A stretch of DNA of 64,000 nt. Source: Antedon mediterranea. Its lineage: Eukaryota; Animalia; Echinodermata. The notes beneath the pieces were generated by a model. That model was not told the origin of the DNA, did no database searches, and worked only from the letters and a program-made list of their open reading frames with translations. The DNA is taken from contig NC_092674.1 in assembly GCF_964355755.1 (NCBI RefSeq), forward strand, positions 27,156,001 through 27,220,000, read 5' to 3'. Shown piece after piece: positions 27,700-41,031 of this stretch (position 1 is the first letter of the stretch; every line of letters begins with the position of its first letter). The translations under genes were made by a program, and so were the position numbers.

Positions 27700-29698
27700 T
27701 TAGTTCAATTGTTTGGACGTGACGAAATTATAAACATCAACACATTTTGATTGGGAAATTGAGAAGCAATGCTTGTGAAAACATCTAGAAAAAGCACGAC
27801 TAGTGTAATGCAAATTTTAAATTGTTGGTAGATAAACAAATCAGAACCAACGAGAACAAGACGTAATATTTGTTGTACGTTGTAGTATGAAATACCAGCT
27901 GTATAGCTTTCTAAGTATATTTACACAGAGATCCTAACAGAAGTCAACAACAAAAATAGTTTGGTTCTACCTACAGGCCTTTTTTACTTTCAATATTGGT
28001 CTTGGCTCAAAAGCTTGTCCCTTGGAAATTAGCATGTAAATTCTATAGCATCCATTATTATATGATATATGAAAAAAATTGTGCTATTTATAAATTAAAA
28101 GACCAACACTAAAAATACATTTATTTACAGTACTGTAGAAAAGTAGAAAGTTCTGGGTTAAAAAAAATGTATTATTTAAATTAACCCTAATGATTTTATT
28201 TGGAATATAAATTACATTACAATGGCACAACAGACTATATTATCTCTAATATCGAAATACAACGTATAGATGGATACAAAAATGTAATAAAATGCCAAAT
28301 CAATGTTATCAAAACATCATCGTGAAATTCTATATTAATTATAGACTTATTGAATGAATATGCGTTATATTGTTAGCAACGAATTGAACAACATCCTCAA
28401 CAGCCTATTAAAATATATATTACTTCCTGTAGTATAGTGACTGTACCCAACACACCTAGTGTTATTATTATACCCAGCAGACCTAGTTGTGTAGCACAGT
28501 ACAGTATGTACCAAAATGTTTAGTATATATAATATATTATAATGCTATCATAATAATGTAATTTTAATGCAAAATGTGATCTGTACAGGTAAAAACAACC
28601 ATCTCTTTATTCATTCAGGTGGTTTTACCTTTCACAAACCGGTAATGATCAATTACCAAAGGTAAAATGTTAGTGGCACAGGTATTATCTAAGGAGCTGA
28701 AATTATGATGATTATGTTGCAACGGCGTTTATATAGCTATAAAAGAACAAAGCAAATGATAATGTTTGTAGTATGCAGAAGGTGTTGTTTCCTGTGACTT
28801 GATTTCCTTAGAGGCATCATAGTAAGGGTTTTTATGGCCCAGACAGGTGGACAGAAATGGTGAACTTTCATGGTAGTACCTGTGTGCATTGGCATAGGAA
28901 ATATTACACATACTATAAATATCATATTATTTTAATATAGTATTCATAAAAAGATAAATAATAAAAATATGAAATATTGAATAATGATAATATAAATTAT
29001 AATGTTTTTTTGGGTTGAAACATCATTTATTCAATAAAGCAAAATATAGAAATACATTAATAATAATTTATAATTTATAAAATACTAATTTCATAAATTT
29101 CATAATTTGTGTTTATGTGTTACATTTGATTACCTGTACAGGTTACATTAAGATAGAGCCTATTCAATAAAATTGATTCTATTCAATAACATTTTATACT
29201 ATTTAAATGGTTATCTCATTTGTAGATTGGTTTTTATGTCAAAAACTAATTTCAGCATATTATAGTATAGTGTATTTCAAAATAATTTATGCAGATCTAT
29301 TATAAGGAATGGAGTTTGGTAGCTTTATGATAGAAAGAACTAAAATGAACGTGACAAAAAGCATTCCATAAGGGAGTTATCAAATAAATATTTTATATTA
29401 AAATATTCCAAATACCTCAAGTATTAAAATAGGAAATATTTAATATTCTTATGGATTTCTATCTAAGTCTCTAGCTTAAGCTGAGTGCCTGTTGACTTAA
29501 AACAGTTGTAAACGGAAGCGTAAAAATGCAGTGCATCTAAAACATTTTCGGTTGATCAATAAGTAATATTAAATTTTGAAATTATTCAATAAAACCATAA
29601 TTAAAAGATTAAAATATTTCATTCCTTAAAAGAACATATTCATTTTGTTTAGTATAATTATTGTTTCTATATTTTTTGCCTTAACAAATTATATTGAA

Positions 29699-29745
29699 TT
29701 ATTGGTTATCCGCACTTGGCGGATAACCCCTTGTTATTGTCAGGA

Positions 29746-29792
<47 letters not shown>

Positions 29793-32097
29793 CTATGTTA
29801 TTCTTCTTTCTTTCCCAAAATTTTGTGTCACGTGTATCTCAAATTCTGATCAACATTACATTGTATAACTTTGTCAGAAGATTTACCTCTATCTGTAGAA
29901 GTGCAGGACAGCTCGTTTTTTTTCTTTAGGGTCGCGCAGCGTAAGCTATGCGCGATTTTATGAATTTCGCGTATTTAACATAGACTAAAAAGCAAAAGTC
30001 ATTTTGTAATGACACTTGGTGAACATTTAAGTCATATCAAGGGCAAACTTTCTATGGATTAAAAATGGCATGTTTGACATAAAGTTACGCGCGCACGCGC
30101 GTTTAAAATTTCAAATTGCAAAAAATTCATTTCTAATCAACTTTCTACGCGTTTCAGGTCATTTTGAGCATTTCAAAAATTCCCACGCGTGCGCATATTT
30201 TTTACGCGCGCGTGCGCACGTAGCGCAAAAACATCTTTTTTTTGCTTGATTTTTGTTTTTTCAGCCTTTTCTAGTACATTTACCAATTTTCAATCAATTT
30301 CGACTTAAAATCACGTCATACGAGCACGTAGAATTGAACAATTTGCGCGCGTTTTTGATGAAAAAGTTAAAAAATTTGTGAAAATTATGCCTTTTTTTGA
30401 ACAGTCATAGATTCTAAACTCCGAGGTGAAAATATTTAAAATTTCAGATTCTGGAAGTAGATGAGTTGTTTTTCTCGAATCATGCATTGATATGACTAAC
30501 CAGACATTGTGACGTCATCGTATGGCCACCCGAATATAAAATATAGGATTTTTTTCTCTTTCGTCATAGCTCGTCAATTTAATAGAGCGCATCTCTACTT
30601 ATCCTTATTCCATTTCACTCAATTTTTTTATATTGTCTAGATCAATCAATTACCTTTCGCATGATCTACCATTTTAAAAATTGTGATGACGTTATCATGT
30701 TCAAATGCGTCAATAACTTTGGTCACTTATTTTCACCTATTCTGCACTGTATGTAGTACGTATACAGTATATAGTGTTATACCGTTTATACTTAGACGCG
30801 ACGCAACATAGAGAGCGCACTAACATTTTTCAATGCCATAATCGTTTTATTTTTTTGCGCGCACTATTCTAACGTATGACGTGCACGTGGCTTTTGCACT
30901 GCGGATAACCTAACTCGTCCGTAGTGACGAGTTCAAATCTAGTATTTATTTCTTTCTTTCCACACTTCTCTCCCATTTTTTGTGGGCAGCGTATCTCTAA
31001 TTCTAGCAAACAGAAGATTGTATAACTTTGTCAAAAGATTGCCCTATATCTGTAGATGTGCAAGAAACTTTTTTTTTCAAATTTCGAGTCGCGCAGCGTA
31101 AGTTACGCGCGATTTTATGAATTTCAATTATTGATCATAGATTAATAACCAAAAGTCATTTTGTATTGAAACTTGGTGAAAATTTAAGTCATATACAGCG
31201 CAAAGTTTCTGTAGATTAAAAATGGCAGGTTGTGCAAAAAGTTAGGCGCGCACGCGCGTTTAAAATTTCAAATTGCGAAAAATCAATTTCTAATCAACTT
31301 TCTACGCGTTTCAGGTCATTTTGAGAATTTCAAAAATTCCCACCAGCGCGCATTTTTTTACGCGCGCGTGCGCACGTAGCGCAAAAACATATTTTTTTTG
31401 CTTGACTTTTGTTTTTTCAGCCTTTTCTAGTAAATTTACCAATTTTCAATGGATTTTGACTTAAAATCACGTCATACGAGCACGTAGAATTGAACAATTT
31501 GCGCGCGTTTTTGATGAAAAAGCTCAAAAATTCGTGAAAATTATGCCTTTTTTTAAAAAGTCATAGATTCTAAACTACGTGGTGAACTTTTTTTAAATTA
31601 CATATTGTGGAAGTAGATGAGTTGTAGATATCGAATCATGCATCAATATAGCTAACTGGACATTGTGACGTCATCGTATGGCCACTCAAATATAAAATAT
31701 AGGATTTTTTTCTCTTTCGTATAGCTCATCACATTTAATAGAGCGTATCTCCACTTATCCGTATTCCATTGCCCTCCATTTCTTTATATTGTCTAAGTCA
31801 ATCAATTATCTTTCGCATGATTTATTAGTTTAAAAATTGTGATGACGTCATCATGTCCAAAAGCGTCAATAACTTTGGTCACTTATTTTCACCTATTCTG
31901 CACTGTATGTAGTACGTATAGAGTATAATATAGTGTATACCGTATATACTTAGACATGACGCAAAATAGAGAGAAAACTGAAATTGTTTCAATGGCATCA
32001 TCGTTTATCTGCGCGCAATATTCTAACGTACGACGTGCACGTGGCTTTTGCGCTGCGGATAACCTAACTCGTCCGTAGTGACGAGTTCAAATCTAGT
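29699..32097 (+). mobile_element. Helentron/HINE-like element, two-unit concatemer, in the FAT4 intron
   Basis: 5' TTATT-GGTTATCCGC-ACTTG-GCGGATAACC (29704-29728), then a poly-T tract. The 3' end GCGGATAACC, AACTCGTC..GACGAGTT hairpin and CTAGT occurs twice (30901-30943, 32055-32097). Unit 2 starts at the T-rich tract. Confidence 0.8.
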
Positions 32098-35008
32098 TTA
32101 TTATTTCATTTTTAAAAATCATAATTAATTGATATGTATTTAATGAATATTCTTCTTGTAATAATAGGAATGGGCGATAATAGGAATGGGCGATAATTGT
32201 AATAATTGTTATTTTAACATGATTCAGACATACAGCTTTCGATAACAGTAATAAAACAGACATTAGGTGGCAACTTCTCACTTTACAATAATTCGCTCGT
32301 CAATATTACAACAATAAACCGAAAAGTGATATTGACGAGTCCGACAAAGGACGCCGTATCCAAAGAATGAACCGCGATTTCTGGATCACTTGTAAAATTA
32401 AATACACCATCATCATTTATTCAATAACTAGCAGTGTTATTGGGACAATGGCGGAATATGTATTTAAAAGCCGATGTTTGTGTCATTGTAGAGCCTTATC
32501 ATGTTATTTACAGTGTATAGTTTTATCTCTGAGTACTAGGCTAATATTGCACTTTGCTCAGACATTTAATCTATGATAATTGATATCAATATACTAAGTT
32601 TATAGTGTAAATGCTACTGTACACTTTATTAAATCTATAAATAATAATATGCTACTCAAAGCAAAATGGGAAAATAAATACCAAATACTTAAAATTTTTC
32701 TATTTGTGGTCATTGTGGAGTCAAGTTACGCACTAAAAAAAAAAAAAAACTATAATTGGGATCATAAACAATGTTTCATTATTCATTAATTGATGTAAAT
32801 ATTAAAAGATTTTATAGAGCCGTGAATAGGCAATTGTTTAACAGTTTTTGTTGTAATTGATTGTCAAAGTAAAGAGGCTTAATATTAGATTAATGTAGCA
32901 GAAAAATAATAAATACTGTAACAACATCTATTCAATATTGTACAGTACTAATTAAACAGATGTAGTTTTTAATCTGTTCTTAAGACATAACTTTTACTGT
33001 TTAATACCCAAACAAATCGCAGCTGCGATAATCTTGCGAGGTGTTGTAACAATTCACGTGAAATGATTAAGCTGTAACACTCGCGTGGCATGGCAGACAA
33101 TTCTTTAAAACTCAACGCACACTAAGAATAGAAATTCTCTTCTTGGGAGATTTTGAAAGAAAACTTCCAGAAGTTTGTTTTGGGGTTGAAAAGAAGCGTG
33201 TGATTTTATAATTTTGAGCCTGGATGGGCACGGCAGCAACACCTGGTACAGTAGGTTAGGTGGGTAAGGCTTGCAATTACCTGTGAACACCTTTATAGGT
33301 AATACAGCAGCTGGTGTCTAAAGTTTGTAAATAACCAATTATGAACTTGTTAAATAAGAACGTTCACATGGGAAGTTACTTATTAATGCACTCACACAGT
33401 AGACTTACTGTAGGCCTAAAACATTTACAAATTACTTTGCTAAATTACTACTGTATTACACATGCATTTAGAATCACAAGAAACAACATAGCGCAACAAA
33501 ACAGCCACAAGAATATACAAAAAGTAAACCAAATCTACAGTAAAGGCCTTGGTGCAGTATTAAACTTCATTATCAAAGTTGTGACAAAAACTTAAGTATT
33601 TAAAATAAGATACAGGAAGACAAATTTAATTCACTTGGAATTAGAGTACAAATGGATGAAATAAAACTGTACAATACTGGTGCAAAACAATGTTTATTGT
33701 CCCTATACGAATGTGCTTTACTGTACCAGGTCTGTAGTAATTATGTTATTACTAACTATGTACATTATGAAATACGAAACATCTGTAGATGCTGTCTCAA
33801 TTACTGATTTTAAGTCACAAGAAAAATATTATTCTTTGTCATACAAAAATAGTGAGAATCAAAACAAAAATACACAATTGTCTAATAAAGTAAAGGGGAT
33901 CAAATTACAGAATATACAATGGTTTCTACTCCAGTTTTTCTAGGACAAATTTTATAAAAGGATAATCAATAATGTGTTATTTCTACGGATAGTTAGAAGA
34001 ATGTATCTATCATTCCACATCATTGGGTACGAATACGCTAAATGCTTCTGACTACAACGCTCCCAGCTAATGCGAGAAATTTAGGTCTTTCTTTGTTGTT
34101 TTACACATACAGTATTCCTTGTACAGTACTTTTCAGACTTATATTATATTCAATTTGTACAATGCATTTTGCTCTAGGGAATGACAAATGCGATGGTGAA
34201 TTTTACCAAAATTCTTACTAAAACAAATTGTAGGGAAAGCTTCATATTTTTTCTGTAATTTAAAAATGTTTATTTATTCATTTATTAGTATTTCTAAAAT
34301 TATTCTTCATACTCTTGTATTGTACAGTATTTGATGAACTTTGTTGAATAATTGTAATTTGTGGTTCAATGTACTGTAGAATTTTTTACATTTTTTTAGT
34401 GAATATTAATGTACAGAGTTTAAATACATATTGTATTACAACACTATACAACCACTAACTAAATTATATGAGTTCATATTCAACAACTCCATAAACTTCC
34501 AATGAAAAGCACAATTTTTAGACCTCTCACGCAATGTACTGATAACAATGATTATAGCTAATTGTCTAAAATTGATTAAATCTTTTAATAGGGCTATAAA
34601 ATACAAAAATATTTTAGAGTTTTATTTACAGGGTTAAAAGAAACACAATTTATAGGAGAGCAGACAAAACCTAAAGACTGAACTATGATGAATAACCTTT
34701 GAGAGATAATATAAGAAAACTTTTGAAAGATCATGTATAGTGTTTAAACCTTTTTGGTTCGCCAAACCTTATTCAATTTAAAATTAAATTCAAATATAGA
34801 ATCAGAGATATTTGTAAAACCTATTACTTTAACATAAACCTAAATATTAATGTATACCTGCTAAAAAAGATAAAAGTAATGTTCAAATAATAACAAAGTC
34901 ACATAAAGTTTGATAGTGTAGACCGAGCTTAGGATATTTAATTATTATATTATAATAATTATATTTTAATACATTACTTAAACTACTAACATGAATGAAG
35001 AGACTCAC

Positions 35009-38000
35009 CTGAGTGTTTCTTGTGCGGGGTTCAGTTCCGTCAACATCCACAGCATATACAGTCAAAGTGTAAATACCATTCCCATCCTCATGATCCAATG
35101 GTGCTGCCGTACGAATAATACCACTCAAATTAGAAATCTCAAAGTCTCTTTCGCGAGCAGTAGTTGCTGCAGTCACTTCCGTGATAAAGTACTGTATGTT
35201 AGCAGATCTAGCGTCTAAGTACATTGCAGTCACTGTTAAAACGACTGTTGAATCCACCGCATTCTCTGCGATGTCAGAAGCATAAGAGTTTGATGCGAAA
35301 ACTGGACCAGAGTTATCATTATCTCCAATAAAGATGGTTAATAAAGTTTGATTAATTAGGGGGCTAGTACCATTATCTTTAGCTGTAACCAAAAGTACAT
35401 ATTTCTGGGTTGAAAGGTCAAGACTGTGCTGTAGAGTAATAACACCAGATGCTGAATCAACAATAAAGTAACCATTGGCGCTAATTGCGTATGACACCAC
35501 ACCATTCAAGCCCTCGTCTTTGTCATCAGCAACGATAGTTGTGACGGTAGAGCCCACAGATGCCATTTCAGAAATCATGGCAGCATTTTGCGATAAGAAC
35601 TCTGGATGGTTGTCATTAACATCAGTGACAATGATTGTAACATTCTTTGTTGCTGAACGTCTGTTGGTTACTGGCTGTGCTTGATCTGTAGCTTGAACTG
35701 TGACCTGGAACAAACCATTGTGCCCTAAAAGCGCTTCTCGGTCTATCACTCCAGCTGTATATAGCATACCACTTGTTTCGTGTATCCCAAAGCTGTTTCC
35801 TTCTGGATTTTGCCCGACAACTGAATATAAAACATCCCCATTAATACCAGAATCTGGGTCAGTAGCAGTAACAGGTAATAATTCAGTATTAATGTCCACA
35901 TTTTCGGCAACAGAATATACGATAGCATTTGACGCAAATACAGGTGGGTTGTCATTATCATCTCGTACGTGGACAGTCAAAGTTATGGTATTTTCATTGG
36001 GAGATGACCCGCCATCATTAGCAGTAATGTTCAATTTGTAAACTGATTGTGTTTCAAAGTCTAACTTTTTTAATAAAATGACACCACCAAAACTTGGTTC
36101 TATAGTAAAAATATTGTAATGATTTCCACTTGTGATTTGGTAAGTAATAATGCTGTTTATTCCAATATCAATATCGGTAGCCATTACAGAAATGATAGTC
36201 TGACCAATTGGAAAACTTTCAACGACTTCAACTTCTAGCATAGATGTTGTAAAAATTGGACTGTTATCATTGCCGTCCAAGACAGATATAATGACTTTTG
36301 CTGACGCACTTTTTGAAGGAGAGGCTGCGTCATGGGCTTCAACTGCTAAAGTATAATCTTCTGTAGTTTCACGATCTAATCCACCATTTAAAATAATCTG
36401 ACCTGAAACGTGGTTAATAGAGAAGATTTTCTGATCGTTTCCCGAGATGATCGTGTACGTGAGATATGAATTATCAGCATAGTCGGCATCAGAAGCACTA
36501 ATTCGAACCACTGATGTACCGTTTGGTTCCGACTCTGAAATTGACACCTCGTAAGTTGACAGAGAAAACACAGGAGCGTTATCATTGATGTCAACAATGT
36601 TTACAATTACAGATGTTTGATCCTGTAGTGGAAGTTCTCCAGCATCAGTAGCAATGATGTCAAAGGTGATCTGGTTGCTCTTGGTTCTTTCAAAGAAAGT
36701 CTCACGATCAAACATCACCTTACTAATGATTACTCCGTCAACTGGATTAAGTTCAAACTCTGTTTGGTTACTCATGAAACTGTAGGTGATGTCACCATTA
36801 AGTCCAATATCACGATCTTCTGAGTTCACCTGCCCAACAAAATGTCCGACTGGCACATTTTCCTCAAGAAAAAACGAATAAGTTGTATTGTCAAACAAAG
36901 GTCTATTATCATTTTCATCAAGAATTTGGACAGTCAGAGTGGCTTCACTGCTTTTCTGAGGAACACCACCGTCAAATGCATAAATAGTAAGGCTGTATCT
37001 TTCTGTCTGTTCTCTATCCAGATATGATTTCACATACACAGTACCATCAGGGAAAATTCCAAACTTATCATCAATATTACCATCTGAAATCACATATGTA
37101 ATTTGTCCATTCTCTCCTTCATCCCCATCAGTAGCTGATATGGATATAAACCTTGTATTAACTGGTATAGATTCGGAGATTGAATGTCCAAATAAGGAGG
37201 TTGGGAAAACGGGAGCATGGTTGTTAACATCACGAATAGAAATACTGACATTGAGGCTTGAAGATAGATGTGGTGTGCCAAAGTCAGTTGCAAGTATTTG
37301 TATAAGAAATTCTGTAGTTTCAGAATTCTGTAAGGTCTTTCGAAGAGTTACAAGTCCAGTGTCCGAATCAATGGCAAATGTTGAGTATGGATTTCGTACA
37401 AGTTCGTAAGCAATTAACGCATTCGGTCCCACATCAGCATCTACAGCTTGTGCTTGATATACCTCATGACCTACATCCCAGTTTTCAACAACATTGGCGG
37501 AGTCAGTAAGACGAGGAAATACAGGTGGATTGTCATTTAAATCAAGTATTGTGATATTCACAGTTGTTCGACCAATCATCGGTCCGCCATTAGCAAATAC
37601 AGAAAGCTCATAAAACGATTGTGTTTCTCGGTCAATATCTTTCATGTTGTAAATTTCACCAGATTCCTCATTAATCTCAAAGACTCCATTTGGGTCACCA
37701 GAGAAAATTGTATAAGTGATATCAGTATTAAGATCTTGTGATGTTGCTTGTACAGTTCCAATAGAGGAACCAATAGCTACGTTCTCAAATCTTACAAAGT
37801 TGTAATCTGCTGGACTAAAAATTGGTGGACTATCTCTCTCATCAACAACAGAAATTTGTACGATTGCTGGATTATCAGTAAGTCTATTTCCATCATCGGA
37901 TGCTGTAACTGTTAATCTATAAGATGACTTCATTTCTCTGTCAAGTGGTTCAGTGGTTGTAATCCAACCTGTAGTAGGGTGGATTTCAAACTTGCCATTT

Positions 38001-40186
38001 GAATCACTTTCAGTTATAGTATACTGAATTTGTTCATTTTCATCAGAATCAGAAGCTGTAACTTGAACAACAGAAGTGCCAGCCGGTTTATTTTCCAAAA
38101 TATCTGCAAAGTAGTTTTCAGGATAAAATACTGGGTTGTTATCATTTTCATCTTCAACATCGACAATTACAATTGCCATTGATGATAAAGATGGACTACC
38201 ATGATCTTCTGCAATAACCTCTAGTTGGTATTGGTCTACAATTTCACGATCAAGGCTGGTCGCAGTAGAGATAGACCCAGTGTCAGAATCAACATGAAAA
38301 ATTCCTGGGAAGCGCCTCAAAGTTTCTTGTGAAAATGAATAAGTTACCATACCTTTCTCACCTTCATCATTATCAGTTGCCAAAATGCTGATCAGCTGAT
38401 AATTTGTGTTAGAGTTCTCTGGTACAGAAGCATTATAGATGTTTTCAGTAAATGTTGGAACTTCATCATTTTCATCAAAGATTGTTATAGTTAGTAGAAC
38501 ACTAGTTGTGAAAACAACAATACCTTGATCTGAAGCTGATACATTTAGAGTAACTTCACTTGTAGTTTCACGGTCTATTATCTTTTTCGTAACGATCAAA
38601 CCAGAGTCCTGATCAATTTTGAACCAGTCAAGTTCATTACCGCCAATTATAGCGTACATGATGTCTGCGTTGTTACCGGAATCTTCGTCAGTAGCTGTGA
38701 CACTTTGAACAAAGCTTCCAATTTTAACACTTTCACTGAGATTGGCTGAATAAAATGGATTCTGAAACTCTGGCGGATGGTCATTCTGATCTTCTACAAT
38801 GATAGTCAAACTAACAACAGAGGTACGTGGTGGAGACGCAAAATCAAACGCATAGAAGGTGATATTGTATCGTGCATTTTGTTCTCTGTCAATTGGTCCA
38901 CTTACAGCCAGTTTGAAAATCGACAAAGCCTCACTTAGTGACAACACTGTCAGTTTAAAATGGCCAAGTTCGTTTCCAGATTGAATTGACAAGCTAGCTG
39001 TTCCATCAATAAAACCAGTATCATCATCAGTAACAGTTGCAATAGTAACAATTTTTCCAACCGCTTCTCCTTCCTCAACTGTTAAGTAGTCTTGCCCTTC
39101 CACAGGAAAGCTAAAGCCCACATGGGGTGCATGGTTATTCTGATCGAGCACTTGTATACTGACATACGCACGTCCAACTAACTGTGGAGTACCATTATCC
39201 TGAGCTTCTACTGTCAAAGTATACGAAGAACCATCATAGTTTACCTCTTCTAACAAACTTATAACCCCTGTGTGTTGATGAATCGTAAATGTTCCGTCAG
39301 AATTTTTTAAGGAGTATGTGATTGCAGCGTTAGATCCAATATCAGCATCCGTGGCAAGAACTTGACTAACAACTGTACCAACAGATGCTGATTCATTTAT
39401 TCTTACAGAGTAATCACTATTTTCAAATACTGGTGTATTATCGTTGGCATCACGAATGGTAATATTTAGCAGCATATATCCATACCTAGTTGGGATTCCT
39501 CCATCCTGTGCAGAAATATTGAGTTGGTAAGAATCCTGCATCTCTCGATCTAATTCGTTAATAAGTTTTAAATATAGAAATGTCATATCACCATCTGGAT
39601 TTGCTGTGATTACTAATCCAAAAACACTGATACCATTACCGCCAACGATCTCATAATTTGATGTGACGTCGTTCTCGTTTTTATCAAGGTCTGTTGCCGT
39701 ATCTAAAATGATTTGTGTTCCAACACTCGCAGATTCCGTGAATGAAATATCAACAACATTTTGTGGAAATTTTGGCTCATTGTCGTTAATATCTAATACG
39801 GTTATTCTTACTTCAATTGGATAAGGTGGTGAACTTGATAGTACGACTAAATTAAAAACATCAGATGATAAAATGTCTCTATCTATCACAGTACTTGTAC
39901 TTATAGTACCTGATCCACTGTCTATTTCAAAATATGGAGATGGTTCACTAAACGAATAGGTAAAGCCATCTTTTGTTGGTATTGTACCAATTTCAGTTCT
40001 AGCAGGCAATCCTTCCAAAACGGTAAACGTTGCATAATCGGATGCCCGTGGATCTATTTCTTGTGTAAAAACAAACGCAAACAGTAAATATAAAATACAA
40101 AATTGAGGCCTCCAATGAGGCGAACAAGTCCACAAAGTCTTCATCGTTGCTGTAGAAAGCTTAAACAAACAAGTTCCTCTTGCCAT
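35009..40186 (-). CDS. FAT4: Protocadherin Fat4/Fat-like giant cadherin, first coding exon (1726 codons, about 16 cadherin repeats)
   Basis: ORF 34883..40186. It has a hydrophobic N-terminus and repeated LDRE, DxNDNxPxF and AxDxD motifs. The N-terminal repeats (FTVLEGLPARTEIGTIPTKDGFTY...IDRDILSSDVFNLVVLSSSPPYPIEVRITVLDINDNEP...QIILDTATD) follow vertebrate FAT4 as I recall it. A donor CAG|GTGAGT at 35009/35008 ends the exon in phase 0. An acceptor TTTTTTTCAG at 40360 lies upstream of the ATG. Confidence 0.93.
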
Positions 40187-40614
40187 TCTTAATATAGATA
40201 GTTAGTCTAGTACATTAGCTTCCAAAAGGTAGCCGCCAAACGTAGGCCGAAACTTTGGGTCAATAATCAAAAGCGTTGCTTCATCGCCCAAACCATCGCT
40301 ATTATGTCAACACAAACCTTTCATGACTACCGACTACAGGACCGCTGACGAATGCCTAGCTGAAAAAAATACAGCAAACATACTATATAATTCCAAAAAT
40401 TAGTACTGCATCTGAATATGTATCCATTAGTTTATCTTAATCAAATGCACTTTTTTATTTGTAGCTGGGTTGATTAATAATAAATCCTAACGTAAGTGTA
40501 CCGGTTAGCAAATGCTTGTTGTCGTCTGCTCAACTTGTTAGTCAATACTAAAACAACACACCGGTGAAGTACTACAGGCCCAAGCGACTCAAACGACTTG
40601 CACCGAATAAGCAC

Positions 40615-40645
40615 GCTTCATTGGTGGAGGGGGCGGAGCTTAGAT
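40615..40645 (-). promoter_or_regulatory. Candidate FAT4 proximal promoter (GC box and CCAAT box)
   Basis: GGGGGCGGAG at about 40629-40638 and ATTGG (CCAAT on minus) at 40620-40624, roughly 270 bp upstream of the acceptor of the giant exon. The transcription start is not determined. Confidence 0.4.
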
Positions 40646-41031
40646 GACGACACATGATGATTAACATATTCCATTGAAATCCCGTTTGTATTGTACAGAA
40701 TAAAATGTAAAGCCTCAAATTGATGATTTTTTTTATAAAAGCATATAAAATAGTAACTAAGTATTGAACCATCAAGTTTAAGAGCAGAGTATTTTTAAAC
40801 TAAGCTTAGAGGGCGCAGTACTAACATAGGGCAAGCAGCAGAGAATAAATAAAAAAATAACTATCTTTGTTTTTTTTATTTATTTATTTTATTTTATTAA
40901 TTTTAGCAATTAAAACAATACATAGACTTTGAGTGTGCCAAGGAGTGGCAAAAGAGGTCGAAGGATCACTGTCGCCATAAGGCGTGCCACACCAGCACTC
41001 AAAGCATACAATAAAACATAAAACAATGTAA

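Noticed and set aside
29645-29929. Poly-Phe membrane-like ORF
   Set aside because: It derives from the poly-T tract of the Helentron-like element.
34883-35008. Last 41 codons of the 1767-aa ORF
   Set aside because: They lie beyond a consensus donor, lose cadherin similarity and include a MITE end; this is intron read-through.
34991-37409. Short ORFs overlapping the FAT4 exon on both strands
   Set aside because: They are shadow frames of the cadherin coding sequence.
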